39,016 nt of DNA, taken from a bacterium. Its GTDB lineage: Bacteria; Hydrothermota; 32-111. Each line of letters starts with the position of its first letter. The stretch's first letter is position 1. Position numbers and translations under genes: made by a program. Below the pieces are notes generated by a model. It was not told where the DNA came from, did no database searches, and worked only from the letters and a program-made list of their open reading frames with translations. Below, piece by piece: positions 1 to 9,728 of the stretch. The stretch is from contig JAWOBN010000023.1 in the NCBI GenBank assembly GCA_046484245.1, positions 1 through 39,016 of the forward strand. The letters are read 5' to 3'.

Positions 1-249
1 GAGGCGGGGACAGTTCTCAGAAAGCACCTTTGCCAACCCTTGCATAACCGGTAATTCGGTGCTGATGAGAATGTGTGAGCCTCACAGTCATTACATCAAT
101 CGCTATGCTCAATGCTTTTTTGTTAAGAAAACAAACATTACATAATAATTATATTCAGTGACTTTTCCTTATGAGGAAAGACGGTATTTAATTGTATTGC
201 TCTGCTGCAGCAGTCTCCGATGAGATTCACCAAGCTGCTTCATATACCC

Positions 250-277
250 TTGACCTTTTCAAGAAAGGTAATACAAT
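250..277 (+). promoter_or_regulatory. Putative sigma70 promoter for the PIMT-like gene
   Basis: TTGACC (250-255), 16-bp spacer, TACAAT (272-277), 20 bp upstream of the ATG at 298. Confidence 0.45.
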
Positions 278-297
278 ATACAAAAAAAAGGAATACT

Positions 298-1506
298 ATG
301 AATATAGATGACCTCAACAGAGAGATGATTGAAAGCGCCAAATCAAAATTCCGCAATCTTCACATGACCTTGCCGCCAAGCAATATATGGATGGGATTTG
401 AGAAAGCCAAGAGGCATTACTTTGCACCAACTGTCTATGAGGATGTGAACGGTGATATTGAGGAATACACACTCAATTACAGTGAACCCCAATCAGATAT
501 ACTGAGGAAGATTTACACAGACAGGCCCATTGCTGTTTTAATGGAGAAGGGCAATGTGACCTCCACCTCATCACAGCCATTTGTAATGGCGGCAATGCTC
601 AGTGATGCACATGCAGGCAGTGGTGAATCAGTTCTGGAAATAGGCACAGGCAGTGGATATAATGCAGCTGTACTTGCTGAGATAACAGGCAGTAATGACA
701 GTATCACAACTGTGGAGATAGATAGGACTGTAAGCCGTTTTGCTGAAGAGAATCTGCAGAGAGCAGGGTATGGCGATATAGATGTCATCTATGCTGACGG
801 TGGAAGAGGATACAGGGCGAACGCTCCCTATGACAGTGTCATTGTTACATGCGGGGCACCTGAAATCCCGTTTGCCGATCAGGTGAAGAAGGGCGGATAT
901 ATTGCACTGCCCCTTGTATCACGGGGTATGGAGACACTGACATCCATGCAGAAAATAGAAGAGGATCTGTTCAGGGGGACAATGAGCATATTTGTGCGAT
1001 TCCTACACTTTGAGGGTGTCTATTCAGACAAGAATCAGTTCTCCAAAAGGGTCGGAGCACTTCAGCGTCTTATTGAGAGTCATGCGGAGCGCAGCTCATC
1101 CCTGGAGAATCAATTGAGTGATATAATGCTTGATAAAAATGCTGATTTACAGTCACGCATTGAGAGGATGAACTTCCAGTTTTATCTTGCAGTATCCAAT
1201 CCGAATGCAATGCTCTATGAATCAGACAGAGACGGATTTGAATCCGGCTATGCTATATGGACCAGAACAGGCGGTGTAAAGGAAATGGGTTTCACTGTTA
1301 TGTTCAGGGACAGTATCCTCAAATGGGGCAGCGAAAAATCAGCAGAGTCACTGAGCAGATCATACAGTGAATGGATTGACATGGGTAAGCCGGGACTAGG
1401 GCATTATACAGTGTATTTCAGTACAAAGACCGGCAATATGCCTGAAAAATGCAGGAATTATATTGAGAGAAAGAATGGCATAACATGGTATGATATTAAC
1501 CCTTAG
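298..1506 (+). CDS. Extended protein-L-isoaspartate O-methyltransferase (PIMT) homologue with C-terminal WxxxGxP domain
   Basis: PIMT motifs TSSQP, VLEIGTGSGYNAA, ADGGRGY..APYDSVIVT; C-terminal extension ending WIDMGKP; start moved from 220 to ATG 298 (AGGA upstream). Confidence 0.85.
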   Translation: MNIDDLNREMIESAKSKFRNLHMTLPPSNIWMGFEKAKRHYFAPTVYEDVNGDIEEYTLNYSEPQSDILRKIYTDRPIAVLMEKGNVTSTSSQPFVMAAMLSDAHAGSGESVLEIGTGSGYNAAVLAEITGSNDSITTVEIDRTVSRFAEENLQRAGYGDIDVIYADGGRGYRANAPYDSVIVTCGAPEIPFADQVKKGGYIALPLVSRGMETLTSMQKIEEDLFRGTMSIFVRFLHFEGVYSDKNQFSKRVGALQRLIESHAERSSSLENQLSDIMLDKNADLQSRIERMNFQFYLAVSNPNAMLYESDRDGFESGYAIWTRTGGVKEMGFTVMFRDSILKWGSEKSAESLSRSYSEWIDMGKPGLGHYTVYFSTKTGNMPEKCRNYIERKNGITWYDINP

Positions 1507-1613
1507 TGCATAAAATATACAAGATAATACTTGATAAATAATCAATTACACATTACAATATGCAAAAGGGAATTATTTATTGTATAATGAAGCAGGATAA
1601 TGTGTAGAGGAAG

Positions 1614-1865
1614 ATGAATAAGAAGAACACTGAAGAATTTGCCAAGCAGACAATCAATCTATATGAACGTATGCGTAAATCCAAGCTGCATGCCTGGACA
1701 GCATGGACAGGGGACGATACATTCTGGATTGTCTTTCCCAACAAGGTTATGTATGATGACTTCATCAAATTCATTGATGAACCCCATGAAGAGATAGATG
1801 CTCTCAGCAAATTATATACAGACATAGGTTTTATCCGGATAATCTGGGAAGAGCCGGAAGAATAA
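1614..1865 (+). CDS. Hypothetical 83-aa protein
   Basis: GAGG RBS before ATG; fills the gap between co-oriented genes; no recognisable motif. Confidence 0.6.
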   Translation: MNKKNTEEFAKQTINLYERMRKSKLHAWTAWTGDDTFWIVFPNKVMYDDFIKFIDEPHEEIDALSKLYTDIGFIRIIWEEPEE

Positions 1866-1891
1866 TATTTTCCAATATATACGGAGGGTCC

Positions 1892-2335
1892 ATGAAAAAA
1901 GTGAATCTCGGTATTATAATATGTGACAGATACAGGAATTGCGCCGGCGGCAAATGCCTCAGGGCAATGAACAGCAGGGAAGGTGCATTCAGTCTTTACA
2001 GAGACAAGGAAATTGTACTGAAGGGATATGCTTTATGCGGCGGATGCCCGGGAGGCAATATTGAATATGCGCCGGTTGAAATGAAGCAAAACGGAGTTGA
2101 TGTAATTCATTTTGCAACCGGTATGATAATAGGTTATCCCCCATGCCCCAATCTTGATTATTTCAGGGAATTCATCAAGAGCAAATACAGTATGGAAGTG
2201 ATATACGGCACCCATCCGATTCCCTCGTCATATTATAATACACATAAGTCAATGAATTACAGGAGATTCCCTCACTGGGAGGAGAGTACAAAGCTTATAA
2301 TCGGAAATTCAGAATTAAGGCAGCAGTATAATTGA
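1892..2335 (+). CDS. CGGC-domain putative metal/Fe-S-binding protein
   Basis: IIIC...CAGGKC, CGGCPG, PPCP and GTH motifs; GGAGG RBS. Confidence 0.85.
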   Translation: MKKVNLGIIICDRYRNCAGGKCLRAMNSREGAFSLYRDKEIVLKGYALCGGCPGGNIEYAPVEMKQNGVDVIHFATGMIIGYPPCPNLDYFREFIKSKYSMEVIYGTHPIPSSYYNTHKSMNYRRFPHWEESTKLIIGNSELRQQYN

Positions 2336-2410
2336 AAAAATAAAAATCCCCATTGCCCTTGTAAAAATCCTTTTTTGCTTTACATTCATATTCTCAAAAG
2401 GAGTATTAAA

Positions 2411-4228
2411 TTGAAGAATGATACTATAAGAAATATTGCCATTATTGCACATGTTGACCACGGCAAGACCACATTGGTGGATGCCATGTTCAAACAGAGC
2501 GGTATGCTTAAAGGCAGGGAACTCAATATTGAAAGGGTGATGGACAACCTGGACCTTGAAAGGGAAAGGGGAATAACGATTGCTGCAAAGAACTGCGAGA
2601 TATCACTTGACGGCATCAGGGTCAATATACTGGATACACCGGGTCATGCTGATTTCGGGGGTGAAGTTGAAAGAGCCCTTGTAATGGCAGACGGAGCCAT
2701 ACTGCTTGTTGATGCATCAGAGGGCCCGCTGCCACAGACACGCTTCGTGCTGAAGAAGGCGCTTGAGCGCAATCTGAAGATCATGGTTGTTATCAATAAG
2801 ATTGACAGGAAGGATGCCAGGCCTGATGATGTCCTTGATGAGATTATAGATCTCTTCATAGCACTGGATGTTGAGGACCATCAGCTGGATTTCCCTGTTC
2901 TGTATGCAATTGGACGTGACGGTATTGCAAAGAATACTGTGCATGAAAAATCAATGGACCTGAAGCCCCTCTTTGAGGCAATAGTAAAGCACATGCCTGC
3001 TCCGGAGTATAAGAACAGGGATGATTTCCAGATGCTTGTCAGTGATCTGGGTTATTCGGATTATTCGGGCCGCCTGGCAATCGGCAAGATACATAATGGA
3101 AGTGTTCACAGGAATGACGACCTGGTATGTATTGATGCTGAGGGCAATGTCAAACCCCTCAGGGTGAGCGGACTCCAGATGTATGAAGGCATGAAACTCA
3201 CAGAGCAGGAAACAGGTGAACCCGGTGACATTGTTGTTCTGGCAGGAATTGAGGATGTCAAGATAGGTGACACTATATGCAATAAAGATCACATTGAGGC
3301 ATTACCCCGCATATCAGTGGACAAACCGGTTGTCTCAATGGAATTTACTATAAATTCCTCCCCGTATTCAGGAAGGGATGGGCAGTATGTGCAGTCATCA
3401 AGGATAAAGGAGAGATTATTCAAGGAAACACTGCGTAATGTGTCAATTGAAGTGGAGCAGTCAGAAGACGCCAATGTATTCCTTGTCAAAGGCAGGGGGG
3501 AATTGCAGATTGCTGTGCTCATTGAAAGCATGAGGCGTGAAGGGTTTGAGCTCTCTGTCGGCAAACCCAAGGTTATATTCAAGGAGCAGAACGGTAAATT
3601 GATGGAACCGATGGAGAATCTCATAGTTGATACAGAGGATGCCTATATCGGAGTTGTCACGGAAAAACTCTCTCAAAGGAAGGGCGTGATGACAGGCATG
3701 GTCTCGGGACAGTCCGGCAGGACAAGGATTGAATTCAAGATTCCTTCAAGGGGACTGATAGGATACAGGAATGAATTCCTCACTGATACAAGAGGAACAG
3801 GGATAATCAATGCGATTTTTGCAGGTTATGAATCATACAAGGGAGATATTGAGCAGCGCAGTACAGGTTCACTCGTTTCAGACAGCAAGGGCACTGCAAT
3901 GGCATATGCTCTGTATAATCTGGAACCGAGGGGGCAGCTCTTCATAAGACCCAATGACCTTGTGTATGAAGGAATGGTTATAGGTGAACACGCAAAGAGC
4001 AATGATCTCAATGTCAATCCCCTCAAACAGAAGAAACTGTCCAATATGAGAGCTGCAGGCAGGGATGACAATATAATGCTCACACCTGTCAAACCAATGA
4101 CACTGGAGAGGGCTATTGAGTATATTGGTGATGATGAGCTTGTTGAGGTAACCCCGTCAATTATCAGGATAAGGAAGAGAATCCTGGGAGCAATGAATAG
4201 AAAGAGGGATGAGAGGAAAAGGCATTGA
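2411..4228 (+). CDS. typA: Translational GTPase TypA/BipA
   Basis: [62 protein letters not shown] start at 2411 after AGGAG. Confidence 0.97.
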   Translation: MKNDTIRNIAIIAHVDHGKTTLVDAMFKQSGMLKGRELNIERVMDNLDLERERGITIAAKNCEISLDGIRVNILDTPGHADFGGEVERALVMADGAILLVDASEGPLPQTRFVLKKALERNLKIMVVINKIDRKDARPDDVLDEIIDLFIALDVEDHQLDFPVLYAIGRDGIAKNTVHEKSMDLKPLFEAIVKHMPAPEYKNRDDFQMLVSDLGYSDYSGRLAIGKIHNGSVHRNDDLVCIDAEGNVKPLRVSGLQMYEGMKLTEQETGEPGDIVVLAGIEDVKIGDTICNKDHIEALPRISVDKPVVSMEFTINSSPYSGRDGQYVQSSRIKERLFKETLRNVSIEVEQSEDANVFLVKGRGELQIAVLIESMRREGFELSVGKPKVIFKEQNGKLMEPMENLIVDTEDAYIGVVTEKLSQRKGVMTGMVSGQSGRTRIEFKIPSRGLIGYRNEFLTDTRGTGIINAIFAGYESYKGDIEQRSTGSLVSDSKGTAMAYALYNLEPRGQLFIRPNDLVYEGMVIGEHAKSNDLNVNPLKQKKLSNMRAAGRDDNIMLTPVKPMTLERAIEYIGDDELVEVTPSIIRIRKRILGAMNRKRDERKRH

Positions 4229-4235
4229 AACCCTA

Positions 4236-5090
4236 TTATTCTGAACCCGGTGAACCGGATTTAATGATAATATCACCTTCATTGACACCGATGTCGCGCG
4301 CAATCACATGGCATTTTGCCTTAAGCAGGAAGAATATATTCCCCGTTTCCTCTGACAGCCCCTCGTAATTACCCTGTCCCTTGCTTATTATCATATCAGC
4401 ATTACTGAATAACTCTCTGAAGTCTCGTGATGCATTCTTGAGAATGAGGCCGGGGGACTTAACTCCCGAATCAATTATCTCAGCAATACTGTCCAGGCCA
4501 ATGATTCCGGTTTCATCCATTGTTATATCATTGATAATGGGGATTGAACGTACTGCAAATTTAACCGGTTTATCCATTTCCTCTATGAGGATTCTGTCAA
4601 AAACACCTTCGCCTGCATTGTCGCCTATATATAGAATTTCATCTACTCTGTTAAGCCTGTCTGTGAATTGTTCAAAATCAAATATTGCAAATTCCTGTTC
4701 CAGAATACCCCTGATATCTCTTTCAATGTCAAAGGTCTTATTAACACCGAAATCTATTATATTGCCTGCAACAGCGAGTTTCACAGCAGTCAGGAGAGGA
4801 TTGCCGGACTGATTCACCAATTGTTTAAATTCAGGGTAGAGCTTCAGTGCTCTCTCAATATTCCTCTTCTTGAGGTTCTTATAGGGGTCATTATTTTCAA
4901 CAATTCTATTTATCTTCCTGTATACAAGTTCCCCGATCTCAGGAGGAGATGCATCCATAGGTATGTCTTTAATCATCATTCCAGTGTCATTGATCAATTC
5001 CCTTATTGTCTCTTCATTGTCTGTTGCAATCCGGCCAGCCCTCAGTGCCTGATTCATTACACAGGCAAGACATTCAAGATACATCTTCAT
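4236..5090 (-). CDS. DUF89/ARMT1-like damage-control phosphatase
   Basis: N-terminal ECLAC, DPY, AGNIID, DNAGE, ND, SKGQGNYE, LKAKC. Confidence 0.9.
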   Translation of the reverse strand: MKMYLECLACVMNQALRAGRIATDNEETIRELINDTGMMIKDIPMDASPPEIGELVYRKINRIVENNDPYKNLKKRNIERALKLYPEFKQLVNQSGNPLLTAVKLAVAGNIIDFGVNKTFDIERDIRGILEQEFAIFDFEQFTDRLNRVDEILYIGDNAGEGVFDRILIEEMDKPVKFAVRSIPIINDITMDETGIIGLDSIAEIIDSGVKSPGLILKNASRDFRELFSNADMIISKGQGNYEGLSEETGNIFFLLKAKCHVIARDIGVNEGDIIIKSGSPGSE

Positions 5091-5505
5091 TACTGCCTCC
5101 CATATGAAGAATGTCCCTCTCTTCCCCTCTTATCCATTGTTTTTCCACTTCAGTGAAATTGGATTGAATGATTCTGACAGCAGATTCAATATCCCTCTCC
5201 TGCATGACAATGCATACGAATTTCTTCTTGATTCGTTTGATATTGGGGCCGAAAACAGGGGAGACGCATACCTTAACATCATTGTTCTTGAGAAGACCGG
5301 CTATGCCTTTTGCTTTCTTGGGATCTGCATGTTCTCTTTCCTCTTCTGTCCCATTCTTCACTCTGGTAATATAATCAGAAGTATTATGTGAAATACTGAA
5401 TATATAATAATAATCAGCATCACCGAAATGTCTTGTCATCATCTGTCTGCCGTTATCTGTAGCAAAAGCGGTTATCAGATTACTGTTACTCATAATGTAC
5501 TCCAT
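5074..5505 (-). CDS. NifB/NifX (dinitrogenase FeMo-cofactor-binding domain) family protein
   Basis: AFATD...HFGDA.YY motif and FGPN; overlaps the DUF89 start; true start may be 5493. Confidence 0.8.
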   Translation of the reverse strand: MEYIMSNSNLITAFATDNGRQMMTRHFGDADYYYIFSISHNTSDYITRVKNGTEEEREHADPKKAKGIAGLLKNNDVKVCVSPVFGPNIKRIKKKFVCIVMQERDIESAVRIIQSNFTEVEKQWIRGEERDILHMGGSNEDVS

Positions 5506-5758
5506 TTTTCAATTTAAATGATTATTATACTCCTGTGTGTTTTAATATCAAGGGAATCAGGGCAAAGGAGAAAAGAGATGCGAATGCGGAATATCAATTC
5601 TGATGCATAAGCAAAAATGGTTCTTCTCCAAAGGAATTGGTAAAAAGATATGCAGAATAAAAGGAAGATGACCTCTCAATGGACGAAATTTGAAATATTA
5701 GAGAGCCCGGCTGCAGACACACTCTAACCCCTGTTATTTATGCAATTACATAACATTT

Positions 5759-5916
5759 CCCAAATCCCAGGGACGGTGGTTGCAATTTACACAAATTGAC
5801 AAAAGTATAATTTTGTAAGTGGAAAATTAACATCACTTAAATAGACCAAGACTGTAAGTTGATAAATAGCGGGCCAGAAATTGCTTAAATCGCAAGGACC
5901 GTCCCTGGGATTTGGA
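5759..5916. repeat. 158-bp long-inverted-repeat element, copy 1
   Basis: Perfect 18-bp IR CCAAATCCCAGGGACGGT (5760-5777)/ACCGTCCCTGGGATTTGG (5898-5915), extending imperfectly to ~30 bp; aligns ungapped with copies at 13197, 27321 and 33781. Confidence 0.92.
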
Positions 5917-6231
5917 GGGGGTTTTTACAAAATATGGGACAAAAGGACAGATGTTGAAATTAGATTTAAGATGCGGGTTGGTCATGCATAATCATGATCT
6001 GTTAGTACCTGCGATTTGAAATACCGCTTAATTGAATGAATAATAATTGTCTCCGGCTAAATTCACCAACCCCTTTGGAGCAGAATCCAAAAAATGACAA
6101 TATAAGAGTCAGGCAATTTGACAAAATGATCATCCGGTCTTTCATATAGGCAAGTGAGTTATTATCCAAAATACAGTTTGCATAATTGCCGAGATTATTA
6201 TATAATCATTTTAATATCAACCGGAGGAAAC

Positions 6232-6714
6232 TTGAAAACACTTATTGCCTATGGTACAAAATACGGGGCAGCAGAAAAGATTGCATCTATGATAAGGGAG
6301 AAAATCAGTAATGGAGAGATTGACGTCATTGATCTGAAGACAGAAGACATACAGGCCGGTGATTATGGAAGAGTCATTATCGGCAGTGCGGTCTATATGG
6401 GAAGAATCAGGAAAGAGGTTAAGGGGTTTATTGACAAAAATCTCCAGACATTGCTTACGAAACAGACAGGTCTTTTCCTCTGCTGTATGACTGAAGAAGA
6501 ATCCGAGCAGGATGAACTGGCCAAAAGGGTCTTTCCGGCAGAGCTGATTGAACATTCAGAAGCAGTTGTTATACCGGGCGGTGAATTCCGGTTTGACAAG
6601 ATGAATTTCATTGAGCGGTTCATTGTCAAAAAGATCTCGGGTGTAAGGGAATCCAAATCAATGATTGATAAGGAAAAGATAGAACAATTTACGGAAATAA
6701 TGAAGAGAAAGTGA
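6232..6714 (+). CDS. Flavodoxin-domain protein (HemG/Flavodoxin_5-like)
   Basis: LIAYGTKYGAAEKIA, VIIGSAVYMG, GLFLCC, GGEFRF; TTG start after GGAGG. Confidence 0.85.
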   Translation: MKTLIAYGTKYGAAEKIASMIREKISNGEIDVIDLKTEDIQAGDYGRVIIGSAVYMGRIRKEVKGFIDKNLQTLLTKQTGLFLCCMTEEESEQDELAKRVFPAELIEHSEAVVIPGGEFRFDKMNFIERFIVKKISGVRESKSMIDKEKIEQFTEIMKRK

Positions 6715-6725
6715 AAGGGGGTTTC

Positions 6726-7283
6726 ATGAAAGTGAAGGGTGAAAGCATAAAGAATACCATGCAGTTTGTCAGGGATAAATTCGGTGATGAAGGATATGAA
6801 AAATGGATGCAATCCATGCCCCGGACCTCTGCAGAACTGATAAGCAAAAATGTACTGCCGTCAGTCTGGTATCCCATGAAAGACGGTCTGCTTGAGCCGA
6901 CAAAGGCAATGTGCGAGATGTTCTATAATGGTGATGCAAGAGGAGCTCAGGATGTGGGCATATACAGTGCTGACAAATCACTTCACGGAGTATATAAAAT
7001 ATTTATCAAAATAGCCTCTCCCGACAGGCTGATGAAAAGGGCGGAGCAGCTCTTTAGTTCATATTATGACCCTGCAAGAATTGAACTGAATAAACTTTCT
7101 GACAGAAATTATATAGTCAAATTCTCTGAATTTGACCCGCCGAGCCCCTATATTGAACACAGAGTGGCAGGATGGATTAAAAAGGCTCTTGAAATATGCG
7201 GCGGAAACGATATTGAAATTGAAGTCATACAGCATGCATCAAATAAGAATGAGTTTTCAAAACTACTGATTAAATGGCAGTAG
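6726..7283 (+). CDS. Conserved hypothetical protein (resembles myxobacterial DUF2378/TIGR02265-type proteins)
   Basis: MKVKG start, LPSVWYP, GVYKIF, GWIKKALEICG pattern; family assignment from recall only. Confidence 0.55.
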   Translation: MKVKGESIKNTMQFVRDKFGDEGYEKWMQSMPRTSAELISKNVLPSVWYPMKDGLLEPTKAMCEMFYNGDARGAQDVGIYSADKSLHGVYKIFIKIASPDRLMKRAEQLFSSYYDPARIELNKLSDRNYIVKFSEFDPPSPYIEHRVAGWIKKALEICGGNDIEIEVIQHASNKNEFSKLLIKWQ

Positions 7284-7287
7284 TATG

Positions 7288-8007
7288 TCAGTCCTTTTCT
7301 GCAATGATAAGCACATATGATGCAAATTTGCTGAGACCTGTCATATCAAGCAGTGATTCAATAATCAGCATGAGAAAGTACATGGGCGGGAAAAAATCAT
7401 AATAGGGTGCAGAGAAATAATTTGCGGATCTGTATTTTACATTGAATCCTTTTTTTTCAAGGAGTGAACTCATCTGTGACATATCACAGTATCTGTAATA
7501 TGTCCTGTACCCGTGCTTGTGCTGATTGTCTCTCAATACAAGCAGCAGGAAGTCCTTCACCTTTGCAGGCAGAATTCTAGCCAGAAGAGAGAATAGAGCA
7601 TTCCTTGAAGCAAAGAGTATTACAGTAATCCCCCCTCTCTTTGTTACCCTGTTTATCTCATCTATGACTTTTTCGGGATGAGACAGATGCTCCATTACAA
7701 AACATGAAGTGCAGCAGTCAACTGTACTGTTCTTCAGAGGAATTGAAGAAATATCAGAAACAATTCTATATGCCCTGTAATCATTATCCTGCAGGGAACG
7801 GAAATCAAAATCCGTCATTATCAGGCTGTGTTTGTCATCAGCACTGTAATGAAGCTCATTGCCTGTCCCTGTGTCAAGCACAGTAGAATCCTTCAGGCTG
7901 AGTGACTGAACAAAACCGGAATATTCCGAAACTATGCTTGACCGCGTTATTGAGAACATGCTGTCAAATGAATGAGAGACAGTCCTCAGCATCTTCAGTA
8001 TATCCAT
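7288..8007 (-). CDS. Class I SAM-dependent methyltransferase (type 11)
   Basis: VLDTGTG, IPLKNSTVD, VMEHL..PEKVIDEINRVTKRGG. Confidence 0.8.
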   Translation of the reverse strand: MDILKMLRTVSHSFDSMFSITRSSIVSEYSGFVQSLSLKDSTVLDTGTGNELHYSADDKHSLIMTDFDFRSLQDNDYRAYRIVSDISSIPLKNSTVDCCTSCFVMEHLSHPEKVIDEINRVTKRGGITVILFASRNALFSLLARILPAKVKDFLLLVLRDNQHKHGYRTYYRYCDMSQMSSLLEKKGFNVKYRSANYFSAPYYDFFPPMYFLMLIIESLLDMTGLSKFASYVLIIAEKD

Positions 8008-8104
8008 GTGTTGATTATATAATAATCATCAGTAAATTCAACAATAATAAAAAGAATTGAAATATTATCTGTATTGAATATAATGTTTTGAAAAGGAGAT
8101 TATA

Positions 8105-8662
8105 ATGGCATGGATTAAGATCATTGATGAAAATAATGCAGAGGGCCGGTTGAAGAATATCTACAGTGAAATAATCAAAAGCAGGGGTAAATTATCCAAT
8201 ATAATGAGAGTGCATTCCCTCAGTCCCATTGCAATGCAGAAACATATTGAGCTTTATACGGCAATAATGTTTGACAGATCAGGACTGTCCAGAGCAGAGA
8301 GGGAGATGATAGGTGTTGCAGTGTCAAAGATCAATGAGTGTAAATACTGTGTCAATCATCATGCTGAAGCTCTTAATGCATACTGGAGGGACAGGGGTAG
8401 GATTGATGATTTTATTAATGAATTTGATTCTGTTGAAATCAGTGAGAGAGAGAGAACAATGATTGAATATGCATGCAAGCTTACAGAGCATCCGAACTCT
8501 GTTTCCGAGGCAATGATAGATAAGCTAAGAGAAACCGGATTATCCGATGAGGAAATACTGTCTCTCAATCTTACAGTGTCATACTTTAATTTTGTCAACA
8601 GGATAGTAAAGGGTCTTGGTGTAGAAATGACAGCAGAAGAGATAAAGGGTTATAAATACTGA
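8105..8662 (+). CDS. AhpD/carboxymuconolactone decarboxylase-family peroxidase-related enzyme
   Basis: LSRAEREMIGVAVS..NECKYCVNHH, YFNFVNR; AGGAG RBS. Confidence 0.9.
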   Translation: MAWIKIIDENNAEGRLKNIYSEIIKSRGKLSNIMRVHSLSPIAMQKHIELYTAIMFDRSGLSRAEREMIGVAVSKINECKYCVNHHAEALNAYWRDRGRIDDFINEFDSVEISERERTMIEYACKLTEHPNSVSEAMIDKLRETGLSDEEILSLNLTVSYFNFVNRIVKGLGVEMTAEEIKGYKY

Positions 8663-8880
8663 TATGTTATACTGCCCCGCTTTTTGATAATACTGATAAG
8701 ACAGTGTTTTCCCGATATTTCCGGGCAGCTATATAAAGCCAAAAGCATAAAGAACCGGCTCATCCCTGATGCATATTCAAGGGAAGTATTGACAAGCATA
8801 ATTAAAGACATAACAAACATATTTTTTCTTGACAAATAACTTGCATTGTTTAATATTAAATAATCATTGAGAGGAGAAAT

Positions 8881-9342
8881 GTGATAGAAAAACTGTTCAG
8901 TAAAAGAATCTACTATTTTGCCTATGGGTCCAATATGAGCCATAAGCAGATGAAAGAAAGATGCCCGGGAGCAAAATATATATGCAGGGCATTCCTTGAG
9001 AATCACAGGATTGTCTTTGACGGGCACTCAGCCAAGACAGGAGGAGCAGTTGCCAATATTGTCACTTCATTGAAGAACAAGGTGTGGGGATGCGTTTACA
9101 GGATGTCTCTGCGTGATCTGGACAGGCTTGACGGTTATGAGGGTTTAAAGAGCAGGCAATACAGAAGAAAACAAGTTCATGTTCTGACTGACAATGGCAA
9201 AGTGATTGAGGCATTAGCATATTACAGGAAGAACAAAAAGAGAAATCAGCCGTCGGGTGAATATTTCAATACAATTATTGAAGGAGCAAACAACTGCAAA
9301 CTGCCTGATGAGTATATTGAAAGACTCCGCACTCTGCAGTAG
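8881..9342 (+). CDS. Gamma-glutamylcyclotransferase (AIG2-like) family protein
   Basis: YFAYGSNM, VWGCVY, LDGYEG, PSGEY; GAGGAG RBS. Confidence 0.88.
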   Translation: MIEKLFSKRIYYFAYGSNMSHKQMKERCPGAKYICRAFLENHRIVFDGHSAKTGGAVANIVTSLKNKVWGCVYRMSLRDLDRLDGYEGLKSRQYRRKQVHVLTDNGKVIEALAYYRKNKKRNQPSGEYFNTIIEGANNCKLPDEYIERLRTLQ

Positions 9343-9353
9343 AGGAGATTACA

Positions 9354-9728
9354 ATGGAGCTGAAGCATATTGCAATTGCAGTCAACTGCCCGGAGGATAT
9401 TGATGAATTCTATCAGGGTATTCTCGGATTTACAATATACAGGAAATTCAGTATCAATGCTCAGCTTGCTGAAGGTTTGTTCGGTCTGGATGAGGAACTG
9501 GATGTGTATCAGATGAAGAATAATTCCCTGATGCTTGAATTATTCGTTACAGACAACCGGTGCAGAAGACGTGTCAGTCATATATGCCTGTCTGTTGAGA
9601 GCAGGACAGAATTCCTTGACAGTATCAAGGCGCATAATTATGAAAGCATTATTAAGCAGCATAATGGGCATGATGTTGTTTTTGTGAGGGACAGGTCAGG
9701 TAATTTGTTTGAAATAAAGGAGCCGTAA
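9354..9728 (+). CDS. VOC/glyoxalase family protein
   Basis: LKHIAIAV, FYQGILGF, LELF, HICL, FVRDRSGNLFE. Confidence 0.85.
   Translation: MELKHIAIAVNCPEDIDEFYQGILGFTIYRKFSINAQLAEGLFGLDEELDVYQMKNNSLMLELFVTDNRCRRRVSHICLSVESRTEFLDSIKAHNYESIIKQHNGHDVVFVRDRSGNLFEIKEP

Noticed and set aside
1..243. Possible RiPP precursor or gene fragment at the window start
   Set aside because: Only short frames are present (for example a 24-aa minus-strand ORF from 243) with no precursor-like features; this cannot be resolved without upstream sequence.
220..297. ORF-track start at 220 for the PIMT gene (similarly 2375 for typA, 6154 for the flavodoxin and 36723)
   Set aside because: Downstream starts have clear RBSs, and the extensions overlap promoter-like sequence or upstream genes.
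1531..1545. TTGAT-AAATA-ATCAA as an FNR box
   Set aside because: The spacer is 5 bp rather than the canonical 4, in very AT-rich context.
5797..5811. TTGACA and TATAAT inside the core of palindrome copy 1 as a sigma70 promoter
   Set aside because: Only a few bases separate them rather than 16-18, and they are not conserved in the other copies.
6005..6017. 11/13 complement to the inner right arm of copy 1 (alternative pairing)
   Set aside because: It is short and not seen downstream of the other copies, so it could be chance.
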